A stretch of DNA of 64,000 nt from Heterodontus francisci (Eukaryota), in contig NC_090399.1 in NCBI RefSeq assembly GCF_036365525.1, positions 32,024,430 to 32,088,429 of the forward strand, written 5' to 3'. The notes under the pieces were generated by a model that saw only the letters and a program-made list of their open reading frames with translations, was not told where the DNA came from and ran no database searches. Below, one piece after another: positions 10,591 through 22,964 of this stretch. The stretch's first letter is position 1. The number at the start of each line of letters is the position of its first letter. Made by a program: the position numbers and the translations under genes.

Positions 10591-11403
10591 ATGGGCAAGA
10601 TAAATCTAAAAGGAGCAGGATGTCCATATCTGCAAGTAGTGATGATCAGTCTCTGATTGAATATTTGGCCTGCAACTGAATAGATCTGAGGGATAGAGTT
10701 AAGAGGTTAGAACTATCAGGAAAGATTGAACAGGCTGGAGCTCTTTTTTCTGGAAAAGGGAAGACTGAGGGGGTGACCTGATAGAGGCCTTGGAGATTCT
10801 GAAAGGGTCGATTGAGTGGATTTGGAGAAGACTTCCACACTCTCACCACTCTCTGGGTAAAGAAATTTCTCCTGAATTCCTGATTGGATTTATCAATGAC
10901 TGTCTTATATTTACAGCTCCTCAGTTCTGCTCTCATCCACAAGTGGAAGCATCTTCTCTAAATCCACTCAATCGACCCTTTCAGAATCTCCAAGGCCTCT
11001 CTCAGGTCACCCCCTCAGTCTTCCCTTTTCCAGAGAAAAGAGCTCCAGCCTGTTCAATCTTTCCTGATAGTTCTAACCTCTTAACTCTATCCCTCAGATC
11101 TATTCAGTTGCAGGCCAAATATTCCATCAGAGACTGATCATCACTACTTGCAGATATGGACATCCTGCTCCTTTTAGATTTATCTTGCCCATTACAACAA
11201 CAAATAGCATTTAGATAGTGCCTTCAACATAGTAAAACATCACAAGGCACTAAACAGGAGCATAAACCAGTCAGAAAATTGACACCAAGCCAAATAAGGA
11301 GATATTAGGACAGGGGATATAAAGCTTTGTCAAAAAGGTAGATTTTAAGGACTTTTTTTTTAAAAAAGAGACACGGAGAGGGAAGGAATTCCAGAGCTTA
11401 GGA
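10378..11403. repeat. Long inverted duplication (arms about 10378-10838 and 10943-11403, spacer about 100 bp)
   Basis: For example gatcagtctctgattgaatatttggcctgcaactgaatagatctgagg versus its near-exact reverse complement cctcagatctattcagttgcaggccaaatattccatcagagactgatc; ORFs 10646(-) and 10790(+) share a nearly identical C-terminus. Confidence 0.95.
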
Positions 11404-11842
11404 CTATGGTAACTAAAGACATAGCTGCCAATAATAGAAGGAGATGGGTTGTAGGAGCTGGAGGAAGTTATAGATAGGTAAGGGTGGAGGAGGTTACATA
11501 GATAGGGGTATAGGGCTGGAGGCAGTTATAGATACGTTAAACTGATTAGCGTGGTGTTCATAAGAGAAACATTTCATAGACTCATTGAACGATTCAGCAC
11601 AGAAGGAGGCCATTGAAAGTTATCCGATTTAGTCCCACCACCGCCTCTGCCTCTCACTCCCCCACCACCATCTCCCACCTCCACAACCCGCCAACCCCAG
11701 CTTTTCTCCCCCCAACCCCCCCGTAGCTCTGTAAATTTTTCCCCTTCAAGTATTTATTCAATTCCCTCAAGGGGACGAATGGCCTCCTCCAGCACCTATC
11801 TCATCTTACAAAGCCGATAATGGAGGAAATGGAAAAACGTAC

Positions 11843-11944
11843 CTTCAGGAGTGAACCTTCCAGCATTGACCGTGGAACCTTAACTCTTCTCATCATCCCC
11901 GGAGGCCAGTGCTGATTGGACAGCAATCTTGTCTTTTCTCCCAT
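11843..11944 (-). CDS. FAM216B: FAM216B-like coding exon 1
   Basis: Acceptor at 11973-11974; ATG at 11944; MGEKTRLLSNQHWPPGMMRRVKVPRSMLEGSLLK|gtacgt; phase-0 join to DLNIGQQRY; resembles human IRVPPSIYDTSLLK. Confidence 0.82.
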
Positions 11945-12449
11945 TGGGTAATGGAGAATGATTCTCAATAGGCTGAGATGGACAGAAGTATGAGAGAGAG
12001 TTTGTTATAACAATTACTCCCATCCTTTGTGAGTTCAGTCATGGACAAAAACAATGCTTGCATTCATATAGCGACTCAATATTACACTTCTGTTCCTTGT
12101 CTTCAAATCTCTCTACGACCTTGTCCCTCCCTATCACTGTAACCTCTTCCAGCCCCTACACCCCTCCCTATCTCTAACCTCCTCCAGCCCTACACCCCTC
12201 CCTATATCTAACTTCCTCCAGCCCTACGCCCCTCCCTATCTCTGTAACCTCCAGCCCTAAACCCCTCCCTATCTCTCTAAACCCCTCTCAATTTACACAC
12301 AAAAGTTTGGTCAAAGATTTTTTTAAGGAGTGCAAATTAGCTGCCTTGTTTCCTTGGTTACAATAGTAACAAGGCTTCATTTCCTAGGTTGCAAAGTTCT
12401 ATGGGATGTTTGTTTTTTATTTTTATTTTAAATGAAAAAGGGGTTTTAG

Positions 12450-12652
12450 TTTTAGAGATACAGCACTGAAACAGGCCCTTCGGCCCACCGAGTCTGTGCC
12501 GGCCAACAACCACCCATTTATACTAACCCTACGGTAATCCCATATTCCCTACCACCTACCTACACGAGGGGCAATTTACAATGGCCAATTTACCTATCAC
12601 CTGCAAGTCTTTGGCGGTGGGAGGAAACCGGAGCACCCAGCGAAAACCCATC
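12450..12652 (-). mobile_element. HE1-type SINE, 5'-truncated
   Basis: agagatacagcactgaaacaggcccttcggccc...gaggaaaccggagcacc. Confidence 0.8.
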
Positions 12653-12814
12653 TCTTATTGAATTGGGATTTTGGTCCTTTTCTTGCTGTGTGATTCATGT
12701 ACTGCCAGAACCCATCAAATTTAGATTGCCACTTCCACAATGCCTTTCACCACCTCAGCCTGTCGCAATGTGCTTCATACCAAATGAAGTGCTTCCCTGA
12801 CGTTTAGTCACTGA

Positions 12815-13515
12815 TGTAGCAAATGTGATAGCCAATTTGTGCACAGCAAGCTCCCACATACACCTTTGTGATAATGGCCAGATTATCAGTTTTATTCAGG
12901 TTGGTTAAAGGATAAATATTGACCCCAGGAAAACAAGGAGAACTCTCCCCATTCATCTTCCAGGATTGGCACTGGGGTCTTTTACATCCACCTGAGAGGA
13001 CAAATTGATCCTCAGTTTAACGGCTCATTCAAAAGATGATACCTCAGTACTGCCCCTCCAACAGTGCAGCACTCCCTCGGTACTGACCCTCCGACAGTGC
13101 AGCACTCCCTCAGCACTGCCCCTCCGACAGTGCAGCACTCCCTCGGCACTGCCCCTCCGACAGTGCAGCAATCCCTCGGCACTGCCCCTCCGACAGTGAG
13201 GCACTCCCTCGGTACTGCCCCTCCGACAGTGCGGCACTCCCTCGGTACTGCCCCTCCGACAGTGCAGCACTCCCTCGGCACTGCCCCTCCGACAGTGCAG
13301 CACTCCCTCGGCACTGCCCCTCCGACAGTGAGGCACTCCCTCGGTACTGCCCCTCCGACAGTGCGGCACTCCCTCGGTACTGCCCCTCCGACCGTGCAGC
13401 ACTCCCTCGGTACTGACCCTCCAACCGTGCAGCATTCCCTCAGTACTGACCCTCGATAGTGCAGCACTCCCCCTGCACTGACTCTCTAACAGTGCAACAC
13501 TCCATCAGTACTGTC
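12815..13515 (-). repeat. Deu-SINE remnant plus a 33-bp minisatellite (about 13045-13515)
   Basis: Same architecture as 8340-9340; unit cagtgcagcactccctcggcactgcccctccga. Confidence 0.85.
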
Positions 13516-13600
13516 ACTCACAGTTTGTTTCAATCGCAGCCTCCTCAGTCCCAGCCACTGAACAAGGAATGTAAACAAAGCGGGCGCTGGGCAACAAGGA
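13516..13600 (-). promoter_or_regulatory. Putative non-coding exon 1 and promoter of the FAM216B-like gene (FOX site, RFX-like half site)
   Basis: Minus-strand donor gtgagt (actcac 13516-13521); GTAAACAAA 13571-13579; GGCGCTGGGCAAC about 13583-13595. Confidence 0.5.
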
Positions 13601-13739
13601 GCCTGACCCTGGGAGGAGTCACCGTCAACACAATGAACAGGAAGTTTCTCAACATCTACAAGTCTGGCAGGGTTAGAACAGAGAACATCTGTTCAAATCC
13701 CTTCACATTGCACCTGCTGCTATCTTCCACACTCCTATA

Positions 13740-14205
13740 TGAGACAGAGATAAAGAAAGGTAGAGACAGAGAGTCGCAGCAATAGTTCATAGACAGATAT
13801 AAAGTTAGTTAGAGAAACAAATCCAAAGATAGATGGAGAGAGAAAGAGACGGAAGGACCAGCAAAGGGAGAAAAACAGCGAGGGAGTAAGAGACAGGGAG
13901 GGAGCGAGACACAGAGAGAAGATGCCGAGAGAGAGAGGGTGAGTGTGAGATCCACAGTGAGAGACTGACAGAATCAGAGAGGGAGCAAGAGACAGACTGA
14001 GAGAGACAGAGTGAGTGAGTGACAGGGAGGGAGACAGATTGAGAAACAAACAGACAGGCAGAGAGAAAGAGACAGAGCGAGATATAGACAAAAACAGAGA
14101 GAGAGAGAGACAGAGCGAGACAAAGACTGAGACAGAATGAGAGACAGAGAGAGACAAAGTGAGACAGAATGAGAGATACAGAGATAGAAGAGAGACAGAC
14201 GGATA
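13740..14205. repeat. GA-rich low-complexity tract
   Basis: (gaga/gaca)n. Confidence 0.85.
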
Positions 14206-14394
14206 GCGAGCGTCTCTGTCAGTTTGTATAATTGGAAATTATATTTTGGGGCCTTGCCACATCCTGATCCTTTGTCCCCGTTCCCCATGATCTCTCGTTC
14301 CCCGCCCCGAATCATCACTCACCCCTCCAAATCCTGTCTCCTCACCAAAACCCTTGTCCACCGTTCCCCAGGTACAATCCAATCTCTGCTTCCC

Positions 14395-15050
14395 TCTCCC
14401 TCAATCCCTGATCCCCTCTTCCCTAATCCCCTCTCCCTCAATCCCTGATCCTCTCTCTCCCAATCCCTGGTTCCCTTTCCCTCAACCAATCCCTGATCAA
14501 TTTTCTCCTATCCCTGATCCAATTTCCCCAGAATTTCTGATCCATTCCCCCCCAATTCCTGATCCACTTTCCCCCATAATTCCTGATCCCCTCTGCCCCT
14601 ATCCCTGATCCCTTCTGCCCCCATCCCTGATCCCCTCTGCCCCTCAATTCCTTATCCATTTTCCCAATACTCCCTGATCCATTTCCCCAATAATTCCGGA
14701 TCCCCTCTTCCCCCATCCCTGATCCCCTCTTCCCCCCATCCTTGATCCCCTCTGCCCCTCAATTCCTTATCCATTTTCCCAATACTCCCTGATCCATTTC
14801 CCCAATAATTCCATATCCCCTCTTCCCCCATCCTTGATCCCCTCTGCCCCTCAATTCCTTATCCATTTTCCCAATACTCCATGATTCATTTTCTCACAAT
14901 TCCTGATCCACTTTCCCCCCAATTCCTGATCCTTTTTCCCAATGCTCCCTAATCCACTTTCCCCCCAATTCCTGATCCTTTCCCCCCCCCCCATCCCTGA
15001 TCCTTCCCCCCCCCCCCAATCCCTGATCCATTTCCCCCCACCAATCCCTG
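14395..15050. repeat. Degenerate C-rich minisatellite with higher-order duplication
   Basis: Recurring aattcctgatcc/atccctgatcc; near-duplicate blocks across about 14620-14880. Confidence 0.85.
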
Positions 15051-15147
15051 AATGGCTTCCCCCTGTTCCTGTGCAATAGGGTTGAGGAGACTGACTGAAA
15101 CCCCTCCTGTTCCTGTGTGAGAGGTTTGAGGTGCTGAATTTTTTTCA

Positions 15148-17490
15148 TATTAATTTGTGGGATGTGGGTGTCGCTGGCTACGCCAGCATTTATTGCCCAT
15201 CCCTAATTGCCCTTGAGAAGGTGGTGGTGAGCCACCATCTTGAACCACTGCAGTTCTTGGAGTGTAGGTACACCAATAGTGCTGTTAGGAAGGAAGTTTC
15301 AGGATTTTGACCCAGCAATAGTGAAGGAATGAGGATATAGTTCCAAGACTGGATGGTGTGTGGCTTGGAGGGGTACGTGCTGGTAGTCGTGCTCCCAGGC
15401 ATCTGCTGCCCTTGTCCTTCTAGGTCCTGGTTACACAGGGACAGGAGGAGGCCATTCAGCCCCTCAAAGCTGTTACATAGCTATAGGAGAAGGCCATTCA
15501 TGAATGGTGGTCCCCAGCATCACAGATGCCAGCCTTCACCCAATCTGATTCACTCCGCATGATGTCAAGAAACAACTGAAGGCACTGGATACTAAAAAAG
15601 CTATGGGCCCTAACAACATTCCGGCAATGGTACTGAAGACCTGTGCTCCAGAACTAGCCATATCCCTAGCCAAGCTGTTACAGTACAGCTACAATACTGG
15701 CATCTACCCTGCAATGTGGAAAATTGCCCAGGTATGTCCTGTCCACAAAAAGCAGGACAAATCCAACCCAGCCAGTTACATCCCTATCAACTCAATCAAA
15801 GTGATGGAAGGGGTCGGTGACAGTCCCATCAAGTGGCACTTCCTCAGCAATAACCTACTCAGTGAAGCTCAGTTTGGATTCTGCCAGGGCCACTCATCTC
15901 CTGACCTCCTTACAGCCTTGGTTCAAACATGGACAAAGGTGCTGAACTCAAGAGGTGAGGTGATAGTGACTGCCCTTGACATCAAGGCAGCATTTGACCA
16001 AGTATGGCATCAAGGAGCCCCACCTAGCCAAACTGGAGTTAATGGGAATCGGGGAAAAGTCTCCGCTGTTTGGAGTCATACCCAGTGCAAAGGAAGTTTG
16101 TTGTGTTTATTGGAGGTCAATCATCTGAGGACATCACTGCAGGATTCCTTAGGGTTATGTCCTGGCCCAACCATCTTCAGCTGCGTCATCAATGACCTTC
16201 CCTCCATCATAAGGTCAGAAGTAGGGATGTTTGCTGATGATTGCACAATGTTCAGCACTATTCGCAATTCCTCAGACACTGAAGCAGTTCGTGTAGAAAT
16301 GCAGCAAGACCTGGACAATATCCAAGCTTGGGCTGATAAGCAGCAAGTAACATTCGGACCACACAAGTGCCAGGCAATGACCATCTCAAACAAAAGAGAA
16401 TCTAACCATCTCCCCTTGACATTCAATGGCATTACCATCACTGAATCCCCCACTATCAACATCCTGGGGGTCACCATTGACCAGAAACTGAACTGGACCA
16501 GCCACATAATTACTGTGGCCAGAACAGCAGGTCAGAAGCTAGTCTGCGGCGAGTAACTCACCTCCTGTTTCCCCAGAGGCTGTCCACCATCTACAAGGCA
16601 CAAGTAAGGAGTGTGATGGAATATTCTCCACTTGCCTGGATAGGTGCAGCTCCAACAATACTCAAGATGCTCGACATCATCCAGGACAAAGCAGCACGCT
16701 TGATTGGCATCCCATCCACCATCTTCAACATTCACTCCCTCCACCACCGACACACAGTGGCAGCAATACCATCTACAAGAAGCACTGCAGCAATGCACCA
16801 AGGCTCCTTAGACAGCACCTTCCAAACCCGCGAGCTCTACCACCTAGAAGGACAAGGGCAGCAGATGCATGGCAACACTATGACCTGCAAGGTCCCCTCC
16901 AAGTCACACACCATCCTGATTTGGAACTATATTGCCATTCTTTCACTGTCGCTGGGTCAAAAGCCTGGAACTCCCTCCCCAACAGCACTGTGGGTGTACC
17001 TGCACCCCAAGGACTGCAGCGATTCAAGAAGGCAGCTCACCACCACCTTCTCAATGGCAATTAGGGATGGGCAATAAATGCTGGCCTCACCAGCAATGCG
17101 CACATCCCAAGAACAAATCATAAAAAAGTAGTTTTCTACACTCTTGTTTCCCTCACCACCTGCTGCAGGCCCAGTCTGGCAAATAATTTTCTTCAGGATT
17201 CGGCCAGCTCGGTCAGTCGTGGTGCTACCAAGCTGCTCTTGGTGATGGACTTTGAAGTCTCCCACTCAGAGTACATTCTATGAATTTGCTGCCCTATTTG
17301 CTTCTTCCAAGTGGTGTTCAACGTGAAGGACTACTGATTCATCAGCTGTGTCTGGGGGGGGGGGAGCGGTGGGGGGGGGGGGGGGCGGGAGGGGCGCTAA
17401 GTGGTAATGCAAGGAGGTTTCCTTGCCCATATTTGACCTGATACCATAAAACTTCATGGGGTCTGAGTCAATGTTGTGGATTCCCGGGGC
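15148..17490 (+). mobile_element. Decayed non-LTR retrotransposon (CR1/L2 group): RT fragment with inverted flanking pieces
   Basis: ORF 15603-16556 has ALDIKAAFDQVWH and MFADD; 3' end duplicated in reverse at 15148-15423; endonuclease-region fragment (GDFKVHH) reversed at about 17135-17490. Confidence 0.85.
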
Positions 17491-18868
17491 CACTTCATTG
17501 TCACACTCAGGTTCCCTCAGAGTGTCACAGTTCAGGGTCCCTCAGTGTTTCAAACTTCAGGCTATCACACCTTCCAGTGTTACACTTCAGAATATAATGT
17601 CTCAGGGGCTCACGTGTCAGGATGTCTCAGTATTTCACAGTTCTCAATGTCACACCTCAGGATCTCATTCCTCAGTGAGTCACACCTCAGGTCTTCAAAC
17701 CTTCAAAGGGTAATATTTAGTATTGCTTCAAGTAACCAATCAGCTGCCAAATTACAAATCAGATATCTGACTGACTAAATGTGAACAATGAAACAGAAAG
17801 TACAATGAGAGATTACTGGCCAAATAAATCTGTCAATTTCAAAGCCAATCAATTTGCTCAAATAATTCCCTCCCATTGGTTGTTGGAACCACATTGGTGC
17901 GCAACTCAACATAACATTAAATAAATCATACACATCTGAAAAAAAAATCCACAAAACTTGGTTACTGAATCATGTCTTCATATTAACTGAAGTCCTTCAA
18001 CCCTGGTACCACTCCAAGAAATCTCCTCTGCCTGCGGAATCTGGAACATGGGGGGACAGTCTCAGGATAAGGGGCCAATTATTTAGGACTGAGATGAGGA
18101 GAGATTTCCTCACCCAAAGGGTTGTGAATCTTTGGAATTCTCTACCCCAGAGGGTTGTGGATGCTCCATTGTTGAGTATATTTACGGCTGAGATAGATTT
18201 TTGATCTCTCAGGGAATCAAGGGAAATGGGGAGTGGGCGGGAAAGTGGAGTTGAAGCCATGGTCTTATTGAATGGTGTGGTGTCCAGGACTGGACACAAT
18301 ACTCCAGCTGGGGTCTAACCAGTGATTTATAAAGATTTAGCATAATTTCTTTGTATTCTACTCTGCGCCTCTACTTATAAAGCCAAGGATTGGAGTTGCA
18401 TTTTTAAACAGCCTTCTCACATTGTACTAACAACCCCCCAGGTCGCTCTTCCTTCACCCCCTTTAAAATTGTACCATTTAGTTTATATTGCCTCTCCTAA
18501 TTCTTCCTTCCAAAATGCATCACTTCAAACATTTTTCTGCATTAAATTTTATCTGCTGTGTATCTGTCCATTTCCCCAGTCTGGCTAATGGAATGTTGGC
18601 CTTTATCTCGAGGCATATAAAGTGGAGGAAGTGATGATTCAGGTGGACAGAGCCTTGGTCAGACCCTGCCTGGAGTAACTATGTTCAGTTCTGGGTACTG
18701 ACCTCAGCAAGCATATATTGTTCCTCAAGGGGTTGCAGTGCAGATTGACCAGAATGATACCAGGGCTTTAAGGGAGGTTACATACACTGGGCCATTATTC
18801 CCCTGGGATAGAAGTTTGAGCAGTGATCTGATTGAGATATTTATAATGTTAAACGGATTCAACAGTGT

Positions 18869-19070
18869 AGAAGCAAAATACTGCAGATACTGGAAATCTG
18901 AAATAAAAACAAAGTGCTGGAAATACTCAGCAGGTCTGGCAGCATCTGTGGAGAGAGAAGCAAAGTTAACATTTCAGGTCGGTGACCTTTCATCAGAACT
19001 GGCAAAGGTTAGAAAAGAATTAGGTTTTAAGTAAGTGAATATAATAAGTTGAGAGGGGAGGTGAAGAGGA
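18869..19070 (-). mobile_element. Penelope-like element terminal fragment
   Basis: gcaaaatactgcagatactggaaatctgaaataaaaac...ctcagcaggtctggcagcatctg, the reverse complement of the end of the GIY-YIG element at 40455-41770. Confidence 0.7.
18964..19000 (-). ncRNA. Minimal type I hammerhead ribozyme motif in a Penelope-like terminus
   Basis: Minus strand AGUU CUGAUGA A AGGUC acc GACCU GAAA UGUU AACU. Confidence 0.6.
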
Positions 19071-19074
19071 AAAT

Positions 19075-19390
19075 GGGCGGCGCAGTGGTTAGCACTGCAG
19101 CCTCACAGCTCCAGGGACCCGGGTTCGATTCTGGGTACTGCCTGTGCGGAGTTTGCAAGTTCTCCCTGTGTCTGTGTGGGTTTTGCCGGGTGCTCCGGTT
19201 TCCTCCCACAGCCAAAGAATTGCAGGTGATAGGTAAATTTGCTGTTGTAAATTGCCCCTAGTGTAGGTAGGCGATAGGGAATATGGGATTACTGTAGGGT
19301 TAGTATAAATGGGTGGTTGTTGGTCGGCACAGACTCGGTGGGCCAAAGGGCCTGTTTCAGTGCTGTATCTCTAAATAAATAAATAAATAA
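19075..19390 (+). mobile_element. HE1-type V-SINE
   Basis: A/B boxes, V core, (taaa)n tail. Confidence 0.85.
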
Positions 19391-22300
19391 AACTGGCAAA
19401 GAGAGAGTATGACAATGGACATGGCAGTCGACATAAAAGGGAACCCAAAAATCTTCTACCAGCATGGATATATGAAGTGGGTAAGAGGTAGAGGGGGCCT
19501 ATTAGGGGCAACTAGGGTAATATAGCTTAGAGGTGCAGGGCAAGGCTAATATACTTAATGACTACTTTGTATCGGTGCTTACTAAAGAAGAGGAATGTAA
19601 CAAAATATTGGTCGAAGTGGAGAGAGTAGAGGCAATGGATAGGGTAAAATTAACAGTTAGGAGGTAATAAAAAGGTTGGCTATACTTAAGGTAGATAAGT
19701 CGCCTATTCCGGATGGCTTGCATCCCAGGTTGCTAAAGGAAGTGGAGGGGTTTGCCATAATCTTCCAATCTTCCCTGAATACGGGTGAGGTGCCAGAGGA
19801 TTGGAGAGTTACAAATGTGACACCCTTATTCAAGAAAGGGCATAAGGACAGTACTAGAAACTACAGGCCAATTAGTTTAACATCAGTGGTGGGTAAGGTT
19901 TTAGAAACAATAGTCAGGGGGGAAAAATCAACTGACACTTGGAGAGGTTTGAGTTAATTAAGGAGAGCCAGTGTAAATTTTTAAAAGACAGATCAAGCTT
20001 GACTAATCTAATTGAATTTTTTGATGAAGTAATAGGGAAGGTTGATGAAGGAAATGTGGTGGATGTTGTTTATATGGATTTTAAGAAAACATTTGATAAA
20101 GTACCCGTAAAGGGCTAATTAACAAAATTGAGACTCATGGAATAAGAGGGTCAGTGTCTAACTGGATAAAACATAACAACATAAGAAATAGGAGCAGGAG
20201 TAGGCCTTTGGCCCCTCGAGCATGCTCCGCCATTCAAAAGATCACAGCTGATCTTAATGTGGCCTTAACACCACTTTCCTGCATACCTTCCATAACCTTT
20301 TGCTGCTTTATTAATCAAAGATCGGTTTAACTCAGCCTTGAATATATTCAATGACCCAGCCTCCACTGCTCACTGGGGAAGAGAATTCCAAACACTAACG
20401 GCCCTCTTAAAGAAGAAAATCCTCTTCATGTCTTAAATGGGAGACCCTTTAATTTGAAACTATGCCCCCTCGTTCTAGATTCCCCCACAAGGGGAAACAT
20501 CGTCTTAGCATCTACCCTGAATCCCATTTAAGACATGAGGAATCCAGCCAGGAGTCAAACCTGGAATCCTCTGGAATATTTCAAAGTTGTTTGGAATTAA
20601 GAAAGTATGAATGTGATTATTGAATGTGCCTATGTTAATATAATATTATGAAAAGTTTAAATGCGGATTTGTAGGAGCTAAATTGTAAATGTGAGCATTG
20701 TAAATCTAAAGGGATGTGGAATTTGTGTTGGGATTTTATTGTGTTGTCATAACTCCCAGATAAGAGAGAATTTTGCAGGAGGTAATGTGTTTGGGTGAGA
20801 ATATGCTTGAGATTTTGAATCGGTAAAGAATGGGTAATGCAGATAACATCAGGAGTTGGATATCGGTTTAAGTCGGGAGAATGAATCAGTTAAGCTGTGA
20901 CGAAATGATGGAGAATGGAAAGTTCTGTTTGCATCTCCCTGTGGCTGTGAAAAGTTTGCAGGCTGTGAAAACTCGGCCACTTAATTTGTGAATGCTTGGC
21001 ACTGCTGTCTGGTTTCTTATTTGTTTCTTTTTGTTTCTTTGTGAGAATGAACTTTTTCTTTAGTTTTTGATTACAGGGATTTGAAAGATACCGGAAGAAT
21101 GAAGACAAAGTGATATAATTTGTTTTTCTTTCTCCCTTTTTAAAAAGTGTTATTTTACTCTGTTGATAAAAGTATTGGTTTGACGCAAGTTGCAAGTTGT
21201 TGAGTTTGTTTTTTTTAAGCAAAACTGTGCGTCGTGTGAATTGAGAATGTAAAGTGTACAGCATAAGGGAGCTCCTGATTGTGTGTGGAATGAAAGGATT
21301 TATATGAATGATTTTTTTTTTGTGTGTGTTTCAAGTCTGAATGTGTTTTTCTTCCTGAAATTGTGATTCAAATTTATATATATTGGGCATTATGAAAATT
21401 TAAGTTTCTGAATTGTCAGATACGTCTGGACGAATTGACCCATTCAGCTCCGAGCAGAATGGAACTTTTGTGGGGTTTTTTCCCCCCACAGGTAACTGCA
21501 AATGCAACAACATTTCCAGCAGCTTCAAGAATTCAACACTTTCCAATGTCACAGCATGGTCACAATTTGGACTAAAGGCTTTGTCTTTTCAAAATCATTT
21601 GTTATTCGTTATCTTCTGAGACAAAGTGCTTGAGAATGGGAGATATGGAACTAGTTGCAAACATTTCTGTCTTTAATGTCCAGGATTTTCCAATGACAGG
21701 AGTTAGGCGATCTGACCTATAGTTTCTTGCTTTCTGTCTCCCTCCTTAATTGAACAGAGATGTTACATTTATGGCTTTCCAAAATGCTGGGACTGTTCCA
21801 GAATCTAGGGAATTTTGGAAGATTACAACCAATGCATCCACTATCTCTGCAGCCATTTTTTTATAGATCCTAGTATGCAGGCCATTAGGCCCAGGGGACT
21901 TGTCAGCCTGTAGTCCCATTAGTATTCTCTAGTGATGCTGATTGTTTTAAGCTCCTCCCTCTCTCTTGCCTCCTGATTTTCTTGGGATGCTTGTTGTGTC
22001 TTCTACTGTGAAGATGGATTCAAAATACTTGTTCAAATATGCAATATTAAATGTCTGCCACTGCTTCTCTACCATCTTACCTTTTAACCTATTGTCCCAG
22101 TCCACTTTAGCCAACTGTGTCTTCATACCCTTGTAATTGGCTTTAATTAGGTTTAAGACCCTAGCTTCGGACCCACATTTCTCACCCTCAAACTGAATGT
22201 GAATTTCACAATCATGTTGTGATCAATCTTGCTGAGAGGATCCTTTACTATGAGATGTTTAATTAATCCTGTCTCATTATATAATCACCAGGTCCAAAAT

Positions 22301-22964
22301 AGCTTGGTCCCTGGCAGGTTCTAGAACATATTCTTCTTAGAAACTGTCCTGAATACACTCTATGATCTCATCCTCCATGCTACCTTTGCCAATTTGATTT
22401 GTCCAATCAATGTGAAGATTAAAATCACCCATAATGATTGCCGTACCTTTTTTTGCAAACCTCCATTATTTCTTGATTTATACTCTGTCCTACTTTGTAG
22501 CTACTGTGGGGGGCCTATAAATGACTCCAACCAGTGACTTCTTTCCTTTGCTATTTCTCAACCCAAACTGATTCTACATCTTGATCTTCTGATCCAAGAA
22601 CCTTTGTTACTATTGTACTGATCTCATACTTTATTCACAGAGCTATTACACCACCTTTTCCTTTCCTCCTGTCCTTCCAAAATGTCCCTTGAATATTCAG
22701 GTCCCAGCCTTGGTCACCTTGTAACCATGTCTCTGTAATGGCTATCATATCATCCATTTATTTCTATTGGCTTAAGGAGAGAAAACAATGAGTCGTGGTA
22801 AATGGTTGTTTTGCAGACAGGAGGATGGTAGATTGTGGTGTTCCCCAAGGCTCAGTGCTTTTTTTGCTACATATAAATGATTTTGATCTTGGAATACAGA
22901 GTAGAATTTCAACATTTGCCATTGATACCAAACTTGGAGGAGTGGCAAACAGTGAAGATGATAT

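Larger units (their letters stand above)
18000..22960. mobile_element. Cluster of CR1 LINE fragments in both orientations, with an unexplained AT-rich stretch at about 20530-21620
   Basis: PDGLHPRLLKE...VPEDWRVTNVTPLFKKG...NYRPISLTSVVGK (19676-19957); GVPQGSVL...FAIDTKL (22795-22960). Confidence 0.75.

Noticed and set aside
17760-17995. Cluster of CCAAT/ATTGG motifs
   Set aside because: No associated TSS or gene; short motifs are expected by chance
21413-21619. Possible exon after ccccacag rich in N-x-S/T sequons, at the end of an unexplained AT-rich stretch (about 20530-21620)
   Set aside because: No recognisable homology, donor or partner exons; cannot be supported without a search
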